Source: Bdellovibrionales bacterium (GTDB lineage Bacteria > Bdellovibrionota > Bdellovibrionia > Bdellovibrionales > JAGQZY01). Taken from it: a DNA stretch of 64,000 nt. Below, piece by piece: positions 8,650-17,818 of this stretch. A program made the translations under genes and the position numbers. Each line of letters begins with the position of its first letter. The stretch's first letter is position 1. The stretch covers positions 214-64,213 of the forward strand of contig JANPLN010000023.1 in NCBI GenBank assembly GCA_031426555.1, in the 5' to 3' direction. The notes below the pieces were generated by a model that was not told the origin of the DNA, ran no database searches, and saw only the letters and a list, made by a program, of their open reading frames with translations.

Positions 8650-10284
8650 CTAAAAAATTTCCCAGCAGCTCAATGCGCCCCCGGGATTTTCGAATTGGTA
8701 GATTGCCGTGGGTAAAAAATCGACGAGAAGATCTTGAAAAGATCGCGTTGCGAGCGGTGGATTTTGCGCGAGGATTTCGTGCCACGTTTTGTTTTTAAAC
8801 TGGGCCACTAAGTAGCCGTCGATAACCACCAAGTAGCTGGTGTTTTTTTTGATTGGTACCCATTCACCGTTAATTAACAATTCCAACTTCTTTTTTTTCT
8901 CGCGAACATCAAAGTTGAGCTGCGGGCTGTACGCGCCTGTTTCCTTTCGTTCATAGTCCGCTCGACGAGCGAAAAAAAGATTTTCGATATCCTTACCCAG
9001 CAAACGAAAAACAGCGGACTTGTTTTCAAAAGGGTACATTTCACGAAGATCAATTTCGCGCAAGCTTCCCGCCTGCAGGGGCTCCTCTCTCCGGTAGGAA
9101 CTGGAGTTGATCAAGGCGATGACTGGCTCTGTCCACGAATTCATCAGTGACCGAACCCACAAAGTATGGGCCTCGCCCAAAAGACTTCCAAGATCTGTGC
9201 GACCACGCTTCATGTGATACTTGTGAGAGTCGAAGCCCCTTGTCCATCCCACCACGCGACCCAGACGTCGAGCCACCTGGGAAATAAAACTGTCGACATG
9301 GTCCTTAAATTTTTGCAGTTCCAAATCAGCCAGAATGGCTTTGTCGGTGACCGCATTGAGAGTGGCATTTCCCTCGGGAAAAAGTTGCTTGTCGATGCGG
9401 GAATACGACTCTTCAGAAATAGCTATATGCAAAACCGGCGTGCGAACCTCCGCAGTTTCGCGGTCGATGTCGATGACGTTGAAAGAGCCATGGGAACCTG
9501 CATCGGCAATCAAAGAATTGTGTCGGCGGTAAGCGGCCACTATGTGATCATCGGCTCCCATAATCAATGGCACGCTGACGCCCAAAGAACTGAGCATTTT
9601 TGGCAGCTGAGACAAACGCTCATGGCCCTCATGAACACCCAAGAAAATTTTTTGAAAACCCTTTTCCTTAACTCCAGGAAGGTTGCGCTTGAGGGACTCC
9701 TCATAGGTCTCCACGTCTGCAAACAAGGGCCGTGCACTTTCGCGAGTCAAATTGGCTTTTGAAAAAAAACTCTCTAGGGTCATACCCATGATGGCTGACT
9801 TGAAAGATAAAGTTTTTAGCTCGTAGTAGGGAAGAATAAAGTCTCGAAACGGTCGGCGAACTTTAGTGAGGTTGGCAGCCAGCACGGGTATGCCCCATTC
9901 GTAAAGCTGCTGCATCTGCTGAAACAACAACTCTCCCCCAAAATTCAATGCCCAATCGGGTGAATCGTGGTTTCCGAAAGTAAACAGCACTGTGTACCCA
10001 CGGTCTTTCAACAACCGCAAGGCATCAAAGGACAACTGACCTTTATCGACGTCGCTGTATGGATTTTTGGAGGTATGATCTCCTATCACGTATACGATAA
10101 ATTCACCCTGTGGGTGTTGGGAGTAAAAAGACTGAGCCAGTAGATCCATGGCCTTGAGTTGCTGCGGAAGGGTGGCGAGGGTGGAGTGGGCGTCGGTCCA
10201 CTGCACAATGCGCACTTGTGAAAAAGCTGAAGAGGCAAATAATAAGATCGCAAGTCCGCACAAAACGTGCAGCCGAAGTCGCAT
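8650..10284 (-). CDS. Secreted calcineurin-like metallophosphoesterase (5'-nucleotidase-like)
   Basis: Signal peptide, then phosphoesterase motifs WTDAHS, GDH, GNHD and GADDH. 544 aa, with a C-terminal substrate-binding-like half. Confidence 0.75.
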   Translation of the reverse strand: MRLRLHVLCGLAILLFASSAFSQVRIVQWTDAHSTLATLPQQLKAMDLLAQSFYSQHPQGEFIVYVIGDHTSKNPYSDVDKGQLSFDALRLLKDRGYTVLFTFGNHDSPDWALNFGGELLFQQMQQLYEWGIPVLAANLTKVRRPFRDFILPYYELKTLSFKSAIMGMTLESFFSKANLTRESARPLFADVETYEESLKRNLPGVKEKGFQKIFLGVHEGHERLSQLPKMLSSLGVSVPLIMGADDHIVAAYRRHNSLIADAGSHGSFNVIDIDRETAEVRTPVLHIAISEESYSRIDKQLFPEGNATLNAVTDKAILADLELQKFKDHVDSFISQVARRLGRVVGWTRGFDSHKYHMKRGRTDLGSLLGEAHTLWVRSLMNSWTEPVIALINSSSYRREEPLQAGSLREIDLREMYPFENKSAVFRLLGKDIENLFFARRADYERKETGAYSPQLNFDVREKKKKLELLINGEWVPIKKNTSYLVVIDGYLVAQFKNKTWHEILAQNPPLATRSFQDLLVDFLPTAIYQFENPGGALSCWEIF

Positions 10285-10419
10285 TTATAGGTCTCCTTGA
10301 ATGTGGCAACTCTATTCGAGGCTAACGTTCTGCTGTAGCAAATTGAGGGGGCATGAAGATAATGCAAAAATCTTAGGGAATTCATGACTGGTTTTTTGTG
10401 CTGCGTATTTATTGGCTGA

Positions 10420-11070
10420 TTACTGCAGGGAGCGTGGGCAGCTGTAGGAAAGCACAGTGCGCTCCCAAGCATCTTTTGCAGGCAGTTTTTTTAATTTGAT
10501 CAACTGCGCGTGCAGACTGTTTTGCAACTGTACGTAGGCCTCTTGGCCGTAAAGCCTTATGTATTCGCTTTTTAAACGGCAATAGATGATTAAATCCTCT
10601 TGATCCAGCCAGCCAAAAAGTCCCCGGCGAATGTTGGGGCCGTCGTTCCAAGAAATTTGACTAAACGTGTACATTGAAATCGTCATCCACTGCTTAAACG
10701 CGGCCATGGGGTCTGCGCCGCCGGTAAAGTGTTTCAGCTTGCGAAGCGAGCTGAGTCTGTCGGCACTGCACTCGGTGGGAATATTGCGACTGGAGAGCAA
10801 GGTTTTTTTAATTCCTTCCATCCAACCAAAACAGGCACCGGGTGAGTTTTGCTCTTGGCACAGGATGAGTTGTTTTTGATATTCTGGAGAATGTCTGACC
10901 GAGCGTTTTACGTGGCCGTAGATGTAGTTTTGATTTTCTTTTTGAAAAATTTCGTGTTGCAGATCACACACGGTTTTTGGCGGGTCGTCGTACACAAAGT
11001 ACAAAATCACCAGCGCCACCACCATGGGACCAATGAGCACTTTAGGAATGGACGCAAAAAACTGATCCAT
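10420..11070 (-). CDS. Membrane-anchored hypothetical protein
   Basis: N-terminal TM helix (LIGPMVVALVILYFVY), no recognisable motif. It fills the gap between flanking same-strand genes. Confidence 0.5.
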   Translation of the reverse strand: MDQFFASIPKVLIGPMVVALVILYFVYDDPPKTVCDLQHEIFQKENQNYIYGHVKRSVRHSPEYQKQLILCQEQNSPGACFGWMEGIKKTLLSSRNIPTECSADRLSSLRKLKHFTGGADPMAAFKQWMTISMYTFSQISWNDGPNIRRGLFGWLDQEDLIIYCRLKSEYIRLYGQEAYVQLQNSLHAQLIKLKKLPAKDAWERTVLSYSCPRSLQ

Positions 11071-11078
11071 TTTTTCCT

Positions 11079-12431
11079 TTAAAAGAAAAAGCCCACATCG
11101 AGAATCACACTCAGGATCGTGTCGTTGAGCGCGTTCAGCTGTGTCGGTACGCCTCCGGTGAAGGCTGTTTTCATGGCATCACCGGGCTTAAGAATATTGA
11201 AACTGAGTTCAAGGTTCACACCGCTTCGGTACGTTTTTCCAACCCAGATATCAAACTCCGTACCGAGGGATTTTGTATTGCCAAACTGCACGGTACCCGC
11301 TTGCAAGGCGCTTGAAAGATCGCCCGTGAGATACGAACGCTCCAAATAATTGGCCGCTCCTGATTTGCTCTTTTCGAAAAACAAAACCTCTCCGCCCACA
11401 TACCACTCCGACGAAAAGCGCAGCGATGCCCCCGAGCGCAGGTAAGTGAGATTGCCAAATTTAAAAAAGTCCAAGCGACCGGCATTTTGGTGCAAGTTGT
11501 AATTCAGCGGCTCGTACTGGCTGTCGGTTCCGTCGCCAGCGAGATCATCGCCGCTGTCGGCGTGATATCCTACCCAGAGTTCGAAGTTTTCCCAGTCGGG
11601 CATTAAAAATTTAGCTTCGGTATCAAGCATCAGTTGTTTGACTTTGTCGGTCACAGTGATGCCTTCTTTGGTGCCGGTAACGTAATTAATACTGCCGCCC
11701 ACTTCGTAATAAACGCCACCAAAAACCAGATCAAAACCAAAACGTTGCACGCGCTGCTTGCGAAGAACAGTGGCTGTTCCGGGAATTTGTCCCACATCGC
11801 CAAGAACTTGTACAAAGTGAATGTCGGCCATGCGAATCATGTCGGAGAGATCTTTAAAATCCAAATCCAAAATGTAATTGGTGAGTTCGGGATCGGAGGC
11901 GATGGACGACGGCGCCACGCGATCGAGCTCGTAAACTTTTACTCCGTAAAGCGAAAGCTCCATCACGTCCCAATCAAAAAGCAAACCAAAGCCATCGTAA
12001 TAGGTGGGAACATTTTCCCATTGGTTTTCGCCGTAGGAAAGCCCGCGACCAATCACGATGGGCTGACGACCAAATTTTAAATCTAAAAAGTCTGCCACTT
12101 TCCAATTGGCCCACGCTTGCTGAAGAATAAACGTGTCGCCGTTTGTGCTATTCACTTCGCCCCAGGCGCTGTGATGAATGGCGCGAAAAAAAGTTTCGAG
12201 ATACTCGCCCTTATTGAGTTGTAAATCCAGTTGCGCGCGATGGTTGGTATTGACCAAATCTTCTTCGAATGGAAGATAGCCACCCGTCGCGTTTTGCAGG
12301 TAAAATTGTCGAAGCCTTAAGCCCCCACCCATTTTGTAGAAGATGTCTTTTTCTTTGTCGGGATTTTCCTGCGCGGAAAGCGCCAGCGGAAGAAGACAGA
12401 GAGTGGCTAATAAGTATTTGAACATATTCAT
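11079..12431 (-). CDS. Outer-membrane beta-barrel protein (alginate-export-like family)
   Basis: Signal peptide, LRLRQFY and LKFGRQPIVIGRGL..ENQWENV motifs typical of the Alginate_exp family, alternating beta pattern, C-terminal F. Confidence 0.6.
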   Translation of the reverse strand: MNMFKYLLATLCLLPLALSAQENPDKEKDIFYKMGGGLRLRQFYLQNATGGYLPFEEDLVNTNHRAQLDLQLNKGEYLETFFRAIHHSAWGEVNSTNGDTFILQQAWANWKVADFLDLKFGRQPIVIGRGLSYGENQWENVPTYYDGFGLLFDWDVMELSLYGVKVYELDRVAPSSIASDPELTNYILDLDFKDLSDMIRMADIHFVQVLGDVGQIPGTATVLRKQRVQRFGFDLVFGGVYYEVGGSINYVTGTKEGITVTDKVKQLMLDTEAKFLMPDWENFELWVGYHADSGDDLAGDGTDSQYEPLNYNLHQNAGRLDFFKFGNLTYLRSGASLRFSSEWYVGGEVLFFEKSKSGAANYLERSYLTGDLSSALQAGTVQFGNTKSLGTEFDIWVGKTYRSGVNLELSFNILKPGDAMKTAFTGGVPTQLNALNDTILSVILDVGFFF

Positions 12432-12523
12432 TATTTTAAAAAATTATGGGATCAAAAGCAAACAAGTTTTTCGGAAAGACCTAGCCTTTCGTTGGTGCAT
12501 CTGCGGAGCCAAACAACCGATAG

Positions 12524-13678
12524 GTGGTGATGAAGAAAATTTCCTTGCTGCTTGGTGTTTTGTTTTTGCTAGCGTCCAGTCTTTCGTGCGCAAAGACGCA
12601 GCCGGTTTCGCAATCGGAAATCATCCCCGAAGCACCCACACGGATCATTCCTCCCGACATTGTGGGCGATTCCAGCTGGAAAATTGCCATCATCTCCGAT
12701 ATGAATGGCTCCTATGGCAGCACCAGCTACTCAAACGCCGTTGCAAGCGCCATCCAGCACATCACCGCCAGCGGCGTTTCGGCGGTGCTCTCCACCGGCG
12801 ACATGGTGGCTGGGCAAAAATCAGGTTTGGATTATCAAAAAATGTGGAACGCGTTTCACAGTGTTGTCACAAAACCTCTCTCCTCGGAGGAAATTCCTTT
12901 TCTACCCTCTCCCGGAAACCACGATGCCTCGGCGGGAAGCAATTTTAAAAACGAACGCGATTTTTACATCAATAACTGGAACACATTTCCCATCGAGCGT
13001 TTTAATTCTGCACGTCCCAACAACGCAAAAATAGAATTTATTTCGGGTGTGGTGCAAAACTATCCGCTCAATTACGCCGTAAAAATGGGCCCTGCGATTT
13101 TTATCAGCCTCGATGCCACAGCGGTGGGCCCCCAGATCAACAATCAACTGACGTGGCTAGAAGATGTGTTGAGCAAAACCGCCAGCGCAAAAATAAAAGT
13201 GGTGTTTGGCCACGTGCCGCTTTTTCCGTTCACCTTTAATAAAACCACCGAGTATCTCGCCTACGGCACGGCAAAAACCACCTACGCCGAACGCTTTGAA
13301 ACTTTACTTGAGACTCACAAAGTGACTTATTATTTAAGCGGTCATGCGCATGCGTTTTATCCCGGTCATCGAAATGGACAGGTTCGCTATATTTCGGTTC
13401 CACTTTTAGGTTCGGGGGCGCGAAAAGTTTTAACCCAGAATGGTGAGGGCAGTGTTTCGAAAACCAGTTTTTTATATCTCACCTTCGATGCTGACGGAAA
13501 CCACAACCTTGAGGCTTTAGAAAGCCCATCGTACAAAGCCATCGCCTTTAAGTCCCTTCCCGCCGCGGTCTCGGTTCCTAAAACCGATACTGCCGACTGC
13601 AAACAGTGCAGCACATTTCCGCAGGAGTTTTTCCTCAGTCCCACTTCGCGGGATCTTTTTTATCGACTGGTCGACTAG
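12524..13678 (+). CDS. Metallophosphoesterase lipoprotein
   Basis: Lipobox LSCAK. Motifs ISDMNG, GDMVAG, GNHD, GHVP and GHAH. Confidence 0.75.
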   Translation: MVMKKISLLLGVLFLLASSLSCAKTQPVSQSEIIPEAPTRIIPPDIVGDSSWKIAIISDMNGSYGSTSYSNAVASAIQHITASGVSAVLSTGDMVAGQKSGLDYQKMWNAFHSVVTKPLSSEEIPFLPSPGNHDASAGSNFKNERDFYINNWNTFPIERFNSARPNNAKIEFISGVVQNYPLNYAVKMGPAIFISLDATAVGPQINNQLTWLEDVLSKTASAKIKVVFGHVPLFPFTFNKTTEYLAYGTAKTTYAERFETLLETHKVTYYLSGHAHAFYPGHRNGQVRYISVPLLGSGARKVLTQNGEGSVSKTSFLYLTFDADGNHNLEALESPSYKAIAFKSLPAAVSVPKTDTADCKQCSTFPQEFFLSPTSRDLFYRLVD

Positions 13679-13851
13679 CGGAGCCCTAATAACGGGTTAA
13701 GTTGCTGAACACACTGATAATTTAGCAAACCCTGCTCGACCCTTTGCCCCTTAAGAATAATACTGCAATAAGTAATTGATCTTGTTGATTTTTGTGAAAA
13801 TTCCAACTAAGTTCTCGGTCTCGGCTCATACAAAAAATTGTGTCGGCCTTT

Positions 13852-13931
<80 letters not shown>

Positions 13932-14049
13932 TTTTTTTGACTTAAAATCCCAAAAAAACAGCACAAAAAATCCCTAATAATTGTAAGTAATTGAAATCCC
14001 ACAGAGGGGGTTTTTCTGTTGTGCCTATTTTTTAATGAAATATCATGAC

Positions 14050-14091
14050 GTTTCACGAGTTTGCTTCACGGAAGCTTCACGAATGCTTCAC
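14050..14091 (+). repeat. Helically phased heptamer repeats GCTTCAC x3 (11-bp period) plus GTTTCAC
   Basis: GCTTCAC at 14063, 14074 and 14085, with a degenerate copy at 14050, about 120 bp inside attL in a non-coding stretch. Confidence 0.5.
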
Positions 14092-14427
14092 CTAAAATGA
14101 CCCCTTTTCAGAGGGGAAAGGCCGTGGTTTGCCTGCAATTGAATCGAAAGCACGAAAAGAACATGTATTCGTTTCTAGTAATCTAAAATTGTTAGTTCTA
14201 AGACTAACCAAATGGCCCTTGCGAAAACTTAGAGCATCATTGAAGCGCTTCAAATAAACTTCATAAGATGTCAGACTTATACTGCAAAGTCCTACTTTCA
14301 GGCTTAGTTGTGCGGTTAATAGCTGAAGTTATAATGACGCCAAGTCGTCGTTTCTATTCAACTTGGCAAACTCGATGGAAGCACAGAGTCTCTACGTTTA
14401 TCGTTCTAGAAGGCTCCCAATAATCTT

Positions 14428-14847
14428 TTAATGATGATGAGTCGTCTCTTTCTTTTCTTTTACAATCTCATCAAATGCTTTTAAATCATAGCTAACGTCG
14501 ACTGATACACCGTCTCGGTTGGCTTTCAGATTCAGCTTTCCATCTTTTGGAGGAACGGCCTTTGTTTTACAGTGGTAATGGGTTCCTCCCATCACTGAGC
14601 AATCAAGTTTGATTTCTTCCTTAGATGTTTTTATAGATCCATCTAAGCTTGAGTTTTTTACCGTTGGATTTAATAAATTACCATCAAGTAGAAAAATATG
14701 AAATGATCCATCTTTGTCAGCAGCTACTTCGGTGTGAACATTTTTAGCCATCTCAATCTTTCCACCGTGGGGACCTGGTTTATCTTCACCATGTGCAAAC
14801 ACTTGTAATCCAGAAAAAAGAATTAAAAAGAATATAGAATTTTTCAT
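14428..14847 (-). CDS. Secreted small protein with predicted N-terminal His and C-terminal HHH (putative periplasmic metal-binding protein)
   Basis: Signal peptide ...LQVFA|HGEDKPGPHGG and C-terminal TTHHH. Paralogous to 24936-25388 (shared HG.P..GG start and the DGS/T-F/V-H/R-I/V-F/Y-L strand). Confidence 0.6.
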   Translation of the reverse strand: MKNSIFFLILFSGLQVFAHGEDKPGPHGGKIEMAKNVHTEVAADKDGSFHIFLLDGNLLNPTVKNSSLDGSIKTSKEEIKLDCSVMGGTHYHCKTKAVPPKDGKLNLKANRDGVSVDVSYDLKAFDEIVKEKKETTHHH

Positions 14848-14856
14848 AGCAGCTCC

Positions 14857-15615
14857 TTATTTTACAACTACAGAGAGAGGAATTGTTTTTAAAACACCAT
14901 CATCAATAAATTGAATCCACAACCGATATTCTCCAGCCAAGGGGAAGGTTGCATGTAGCATACCCATATTTGCGTCGTTACCCTCCATCGGGTGAACATG
15001 AATAAGGTCGTTTCCATTAAGTGGTGTCGCGATTACGTGAGCAAAAGCTCCCAGGTATGGAGAAAGACTAGGTGCTGTACCATCCGTTCTTGTTACCATA
15101 AAATCTATCATCGCCATTTTTCCAGCTTTGAGTTTTGTATTCGCAAGCTCTACTTGAGTTGTGCCATCTGCACCGACTCTTACATCACCAAGAGAGGTGA
15201 CTGGGATCTCCATCTCACCATTAACAACTACAACTGATCTACTTACAGAAAACTCTTTTCCATTTAACGTTTTTCCTTGCGCCCACACCTTATATGATCC
15301 ACTTACGGGAAGGTTCAATTCGACGTCCCAGGCCGTACCATTAAACTGAGGGTGCACATGGTTAAATTCGTTCAAAGAAGCGTCGTAAACCACGAGATGA
15401 AGAATTTTCGTATGTGTTTCGATTAGATCCATATCTGAAATCGATTTTGAAGTTTTATCATCCACGAGGTTAAACGAAAAATTGAGGCTTTCTGATGCAG
15501 AAAGAGTGGTTTGTGGGGTTTCGATTTGAACCCCGGCGAATGCAGAACCGCAAACTAGTAACCCTGTTAAAAATAATAATTTTCTCATATTCCCCCTTAT
15601 GTTGTTGAAACTCAT
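14857..15615 (-). CDS. Secreted protein with two tandem HVHP-motif domains (putative metal-binding, Ig-like)
   Basis: Signal peptide (the true start may be the internal MRKLLFL at 15588). An internal duplication carries NEFNHVHP...GSYKVWAQG in one copy and NDLIHVHP...GEYRLWIQF in the other. Confidence 0.55.
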   Translation of the reverse strand: MSFNNIRGNMRKLLFLTGLLVCGSAFAGVQIETPQTTLSASESLNFSFNLVDDKTSKSISDMDLIETHTKILHLVVYDASLNEFNHVHPQFNGTAWDVELNLPVSGSYKVWAQGKTLNGKEFSVSRSVVVVNGEMEIPVTSLGDVRVGADGTTQVELANTKLKAGKMAMIDFMVTRTDGTAPSLSPYLGAFAHVIATPLNGNDLIHVHPMEGNDANMGMLHATFPLAGEYRLWIQFIDDGVLKTIPLSVVVK

Positions 15616-15845
15616 CTGTTCTTTAGCATGAAGTCATGTAAGACGGACCTAAAAAGTAAACTCTGGCCGCTTAGCTAGACATTACTAGAAGCAACTACGT
15701 TCGCGCTATGCGTTTTGTGACAAACATCAACAAATAAAAAGAATAGTGTAATTATCCTAGAAATTTTAGGTATTTATGAAATATATTAACTTTCTGTCAC
15801 AACCGGCTTTGTCAATTCGTAGTACCAAGTGAGGATTATACTAAA

Positions 15846-16358
15846 GTGATTAAAAATAAAACTGACGAGGAACTTATGTTGGCCTACCAATTGGGTGATG
15901 AACTTGCTTTTATTGAGCTCTATGACCGTTACGCGAAAAAAATAAATGGATATTTAAGATCAAAGCTCATTAATGATTCCCAAGCGAATGACTTGCTTCA
16001 ATCGACCTACCTTAAACTTCACAAGAGCAAACATCTCTATAATTCGTCTCTCCCCTTTTCACCTTGGATTTTCACAATTTGTAGAAACGAACTCACTGAT
16101 TTTTTTCGCAGACAGAAGACTCTACATGAACCTTTCGATGAAGAACTCCTTGCTCCACAAACGCAATCTTATGATGAAGGTTCAGAAATTGATCTATCGA
16201 AACTTTCTCAAGAACAGCAAACCGCACTAAAGATGAGATATTATAACGATGCAACTTTTGAAGAGATCGCAAAGGCTCTTAGCACTTCCCCCGCCAACGC
16301 CCGACAAATTATTAGTCGCTCTTTAAAATATTTAAGAGGTTTTTATGAAAAACAGTAA
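15846..16358 (+). CDS. ECF-type RNA polymerase sigma-70 factor
   Basis: GTG start. Region 2 (FIELYDRY..., PWIFTICRNELTDFFR) and region 4 (LSQEQQTALKMRYYNDATFEEIAKALSTSPANARQIISRSLKYLR). Confidence 0.85.
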   Translation: MIKNKTDEELMLAYQLGDELAFIELYDRYAKKINGYLRSKLINDSQANDLLQSTYLKLHKSKHLYNSSLPFSPWIFTICRNELTDFFRRQKTLHEPFDEELLAPQTQSYDEGSEIDLSKLSQEQQTALKMRYYNDATFEEIAKALSTSPANARQIISRSLKYLRGFYEKQ

Positions 16359-16887
16359 AAAGACAAATTGGGAATCTGAGTTTGCAGAATTTTTAAAATC
16401 GGAACCCGTTGAAGTACCTCACAAGGTCACTGAAACGATAATTTCCAAAATCCAAAAGGAACTTAATCCTTCATTCTTGCAAGTATTCGGAAAAATTTCC
16501 TCTATCCATCTAATCATTGGCCTAGTTACTTTAATGTTTTGTCCACAATTTGATATTTCGATCACATCTCAAGTCGGACTTGTTCCGTACCTTATGCAAT
16601 TTGGACACGAGGTGTGCACTTTTGGCTGTGGAGCAATTTTTGTAGGAACAAGTCTATTAGCTTCTAGCTTTTACCTGAAACCTGAAGAAGTAAAAGTCTT
16701 AAAAAGACATGAACTTTTACAGCTCCTTGTTCTGTCTTCCCTTTCACTTGGATTTTTTGTTGCTCTTGGAGCAGAGGTCGTCTTATCACTCGGCATCATC
16801 TGGCTTGCTGGAGCTACTCTTGGTGGAATTTTATCACTCAATCTAGGATGGACTCTTCGTCGCCTTCAGTACAGAGAAGCTCTATGA
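16345..16887 (+). CDS. Putative membrane anti-sigma factor
   Basis: Overlaps the sigma gene by 14 nt. It has a short cytoplasmic N-terminus followed by about 4 TM helices. The call rests on position only. Confidence 0.45.
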   Translation: MKNSKKTNWESEFAEFLKSEPVEVPHKVTETIISKIQKELNPSFLQVFGKISSIHLIIGLVTLMFCPQFDISITSQVGLVPYLMQFGHEVCTFGCGAIFVGTSLLASSFYLKPEEVKVLKRHELLQLLVLSSLSLGFFVALGAEVVLSLGIIWLAGATLGGILSLNLGWTLRRLQYREAL

Positions 16888-17510
16888 AATATATAATCTA
16901 TTTGATTGTAATTTTAAACGCATCCGTTGCTTTTGCTCATCCGGTTTCTTTTAAAGATGCAACTGCTGTGATGACATGGAATCAGTCTTTTATGACTGAT
17001 AACTGGATCACCTACAGTTTTCACCCCAAAATGGCCGTCGCGGCTCGTACAATGCGCCTAGAGATGCCCGAAGGCCGCATGGACTACTACGCGCCTCAAT
17101 TTGATTTCTTAGTAAAAAGGTGGAACGAGACAAATTCACAGGCAAATATTTATATCTACGGATCTTACGGCGTCGCTCACTTTTTAAATCAAACGGATCG
17201 CGCCTCTCAAGTCGGAGTGGAAGTAGATGCAGAATCCAGGAAGTATTATATTTCAGTCCAATATGATAAAATGTGGACTCCTATCGGGCCCGATATGGAT
17301 ATCCTGAAAGCTAGGCTAGGAATCGCGCCGTACGAGGCAGAATTTAATGAAGTTGCAAGTTGGTTTATGATTCAATATCAACGACATCCAACGCTTGTAA
17401 AACAACATGTTGTTACTCCACTAGTTAGAATCTTCTACAAAAGCTTTCTTTTTGAAGGTGGAGTGAGCACCGACGGCGACTGGATGACGAATTTTATGTT
17501 TCACTTTTAA
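16884..17510 (+). CDS. Secreted protein, probable OM beta-barrel, predicted mature N-terminal His
   Basis: ATG at 16884 overlaps the upstream stop (ATGA). Signal peptide ...SVAFA|HPVSFKD, beta-rich, C-terminal F (MFHF). Confidence 0.5.
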   Translation: MKYIIYLIVILNASVAFAHPVSFKDATAVMTWNQSFMTDNWITYSFHPKMAVAARTMRLEMPEGRMDYYAPQFDFLVKRWNETNSQANIYIYGSYGVAHFLNQTDRASQVGVEVDAESRKYYISVQYDKMWTPIGPDMDILKARLGIAPYEAEFNEVASWFMIQYQRHPTLVKQHVVTPLVRIFYKSFLFEGGVSTDGDWMTNFMFHF

Positions 17511-17530
17511 AATAAACACGAGGAGAATTT

Positions 17531-17818
17531 ATGAAATTAACAATGATGACTCTGATTTTAACGATTGCAAACTTGGCTTTTGCAGTCGAGAAAAACATCA
17601 CCGTTAGTGTAAAAGGAATGGTCTGTGCATTTTGCGCACAAGGTATCACGAAAAAATTTAACTCTGAACCAGCAGTTTCCAAAGTGGACGTGAGTCTTGA
17701 GAAAAAAATCGTAAAACTGTCTCTTAAAGAAGGACAGGATATTCCAGATACTAAAATTGAAGGAGTTCTTAAAGATTCAGGTTTTAACGTAGAAAAAATT
17801 AGCAGAGATGAAAAATGA
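17531..17818 (+). CDS. Periplasmic heavy-metal-associated (HMA) domain protein, MerP-like
   Basis: Signal peptide followed by GMVCAFCAQGI (GMxCxxC). Confidence 0.8.
   Translation: MKLTMMTLILTIANLAFAVEKNITVSVKGMVCAFCAQGITKKFNSEPAVSKVDVSLEKKIVKLSLKEGQDIPDTKIEGVLKDSGFNVEKISRDEK

Noticed and set aside
12343-12948. A 201-aa plus-strand ORF overlapping the start of the metallophosphoesterase gene.
   Set aside because: It is in a different frame from the motif-bearing ORF 12524-13678, has no export signal or motif, and begins inside the upstream porin gene.
15616-15845. An ECF-type autoregulated promoter (GGAAC-N16/17-CGT) upstream of the sigma gene.
   Set aside because: The best candidate is only AAC-N14-CGT (around 15800-15822), with the wrong spacing. 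The TGTGACAAAC/TGTCACAACC pair is noted, but I cannot support a call without a consensus for this ECF group.
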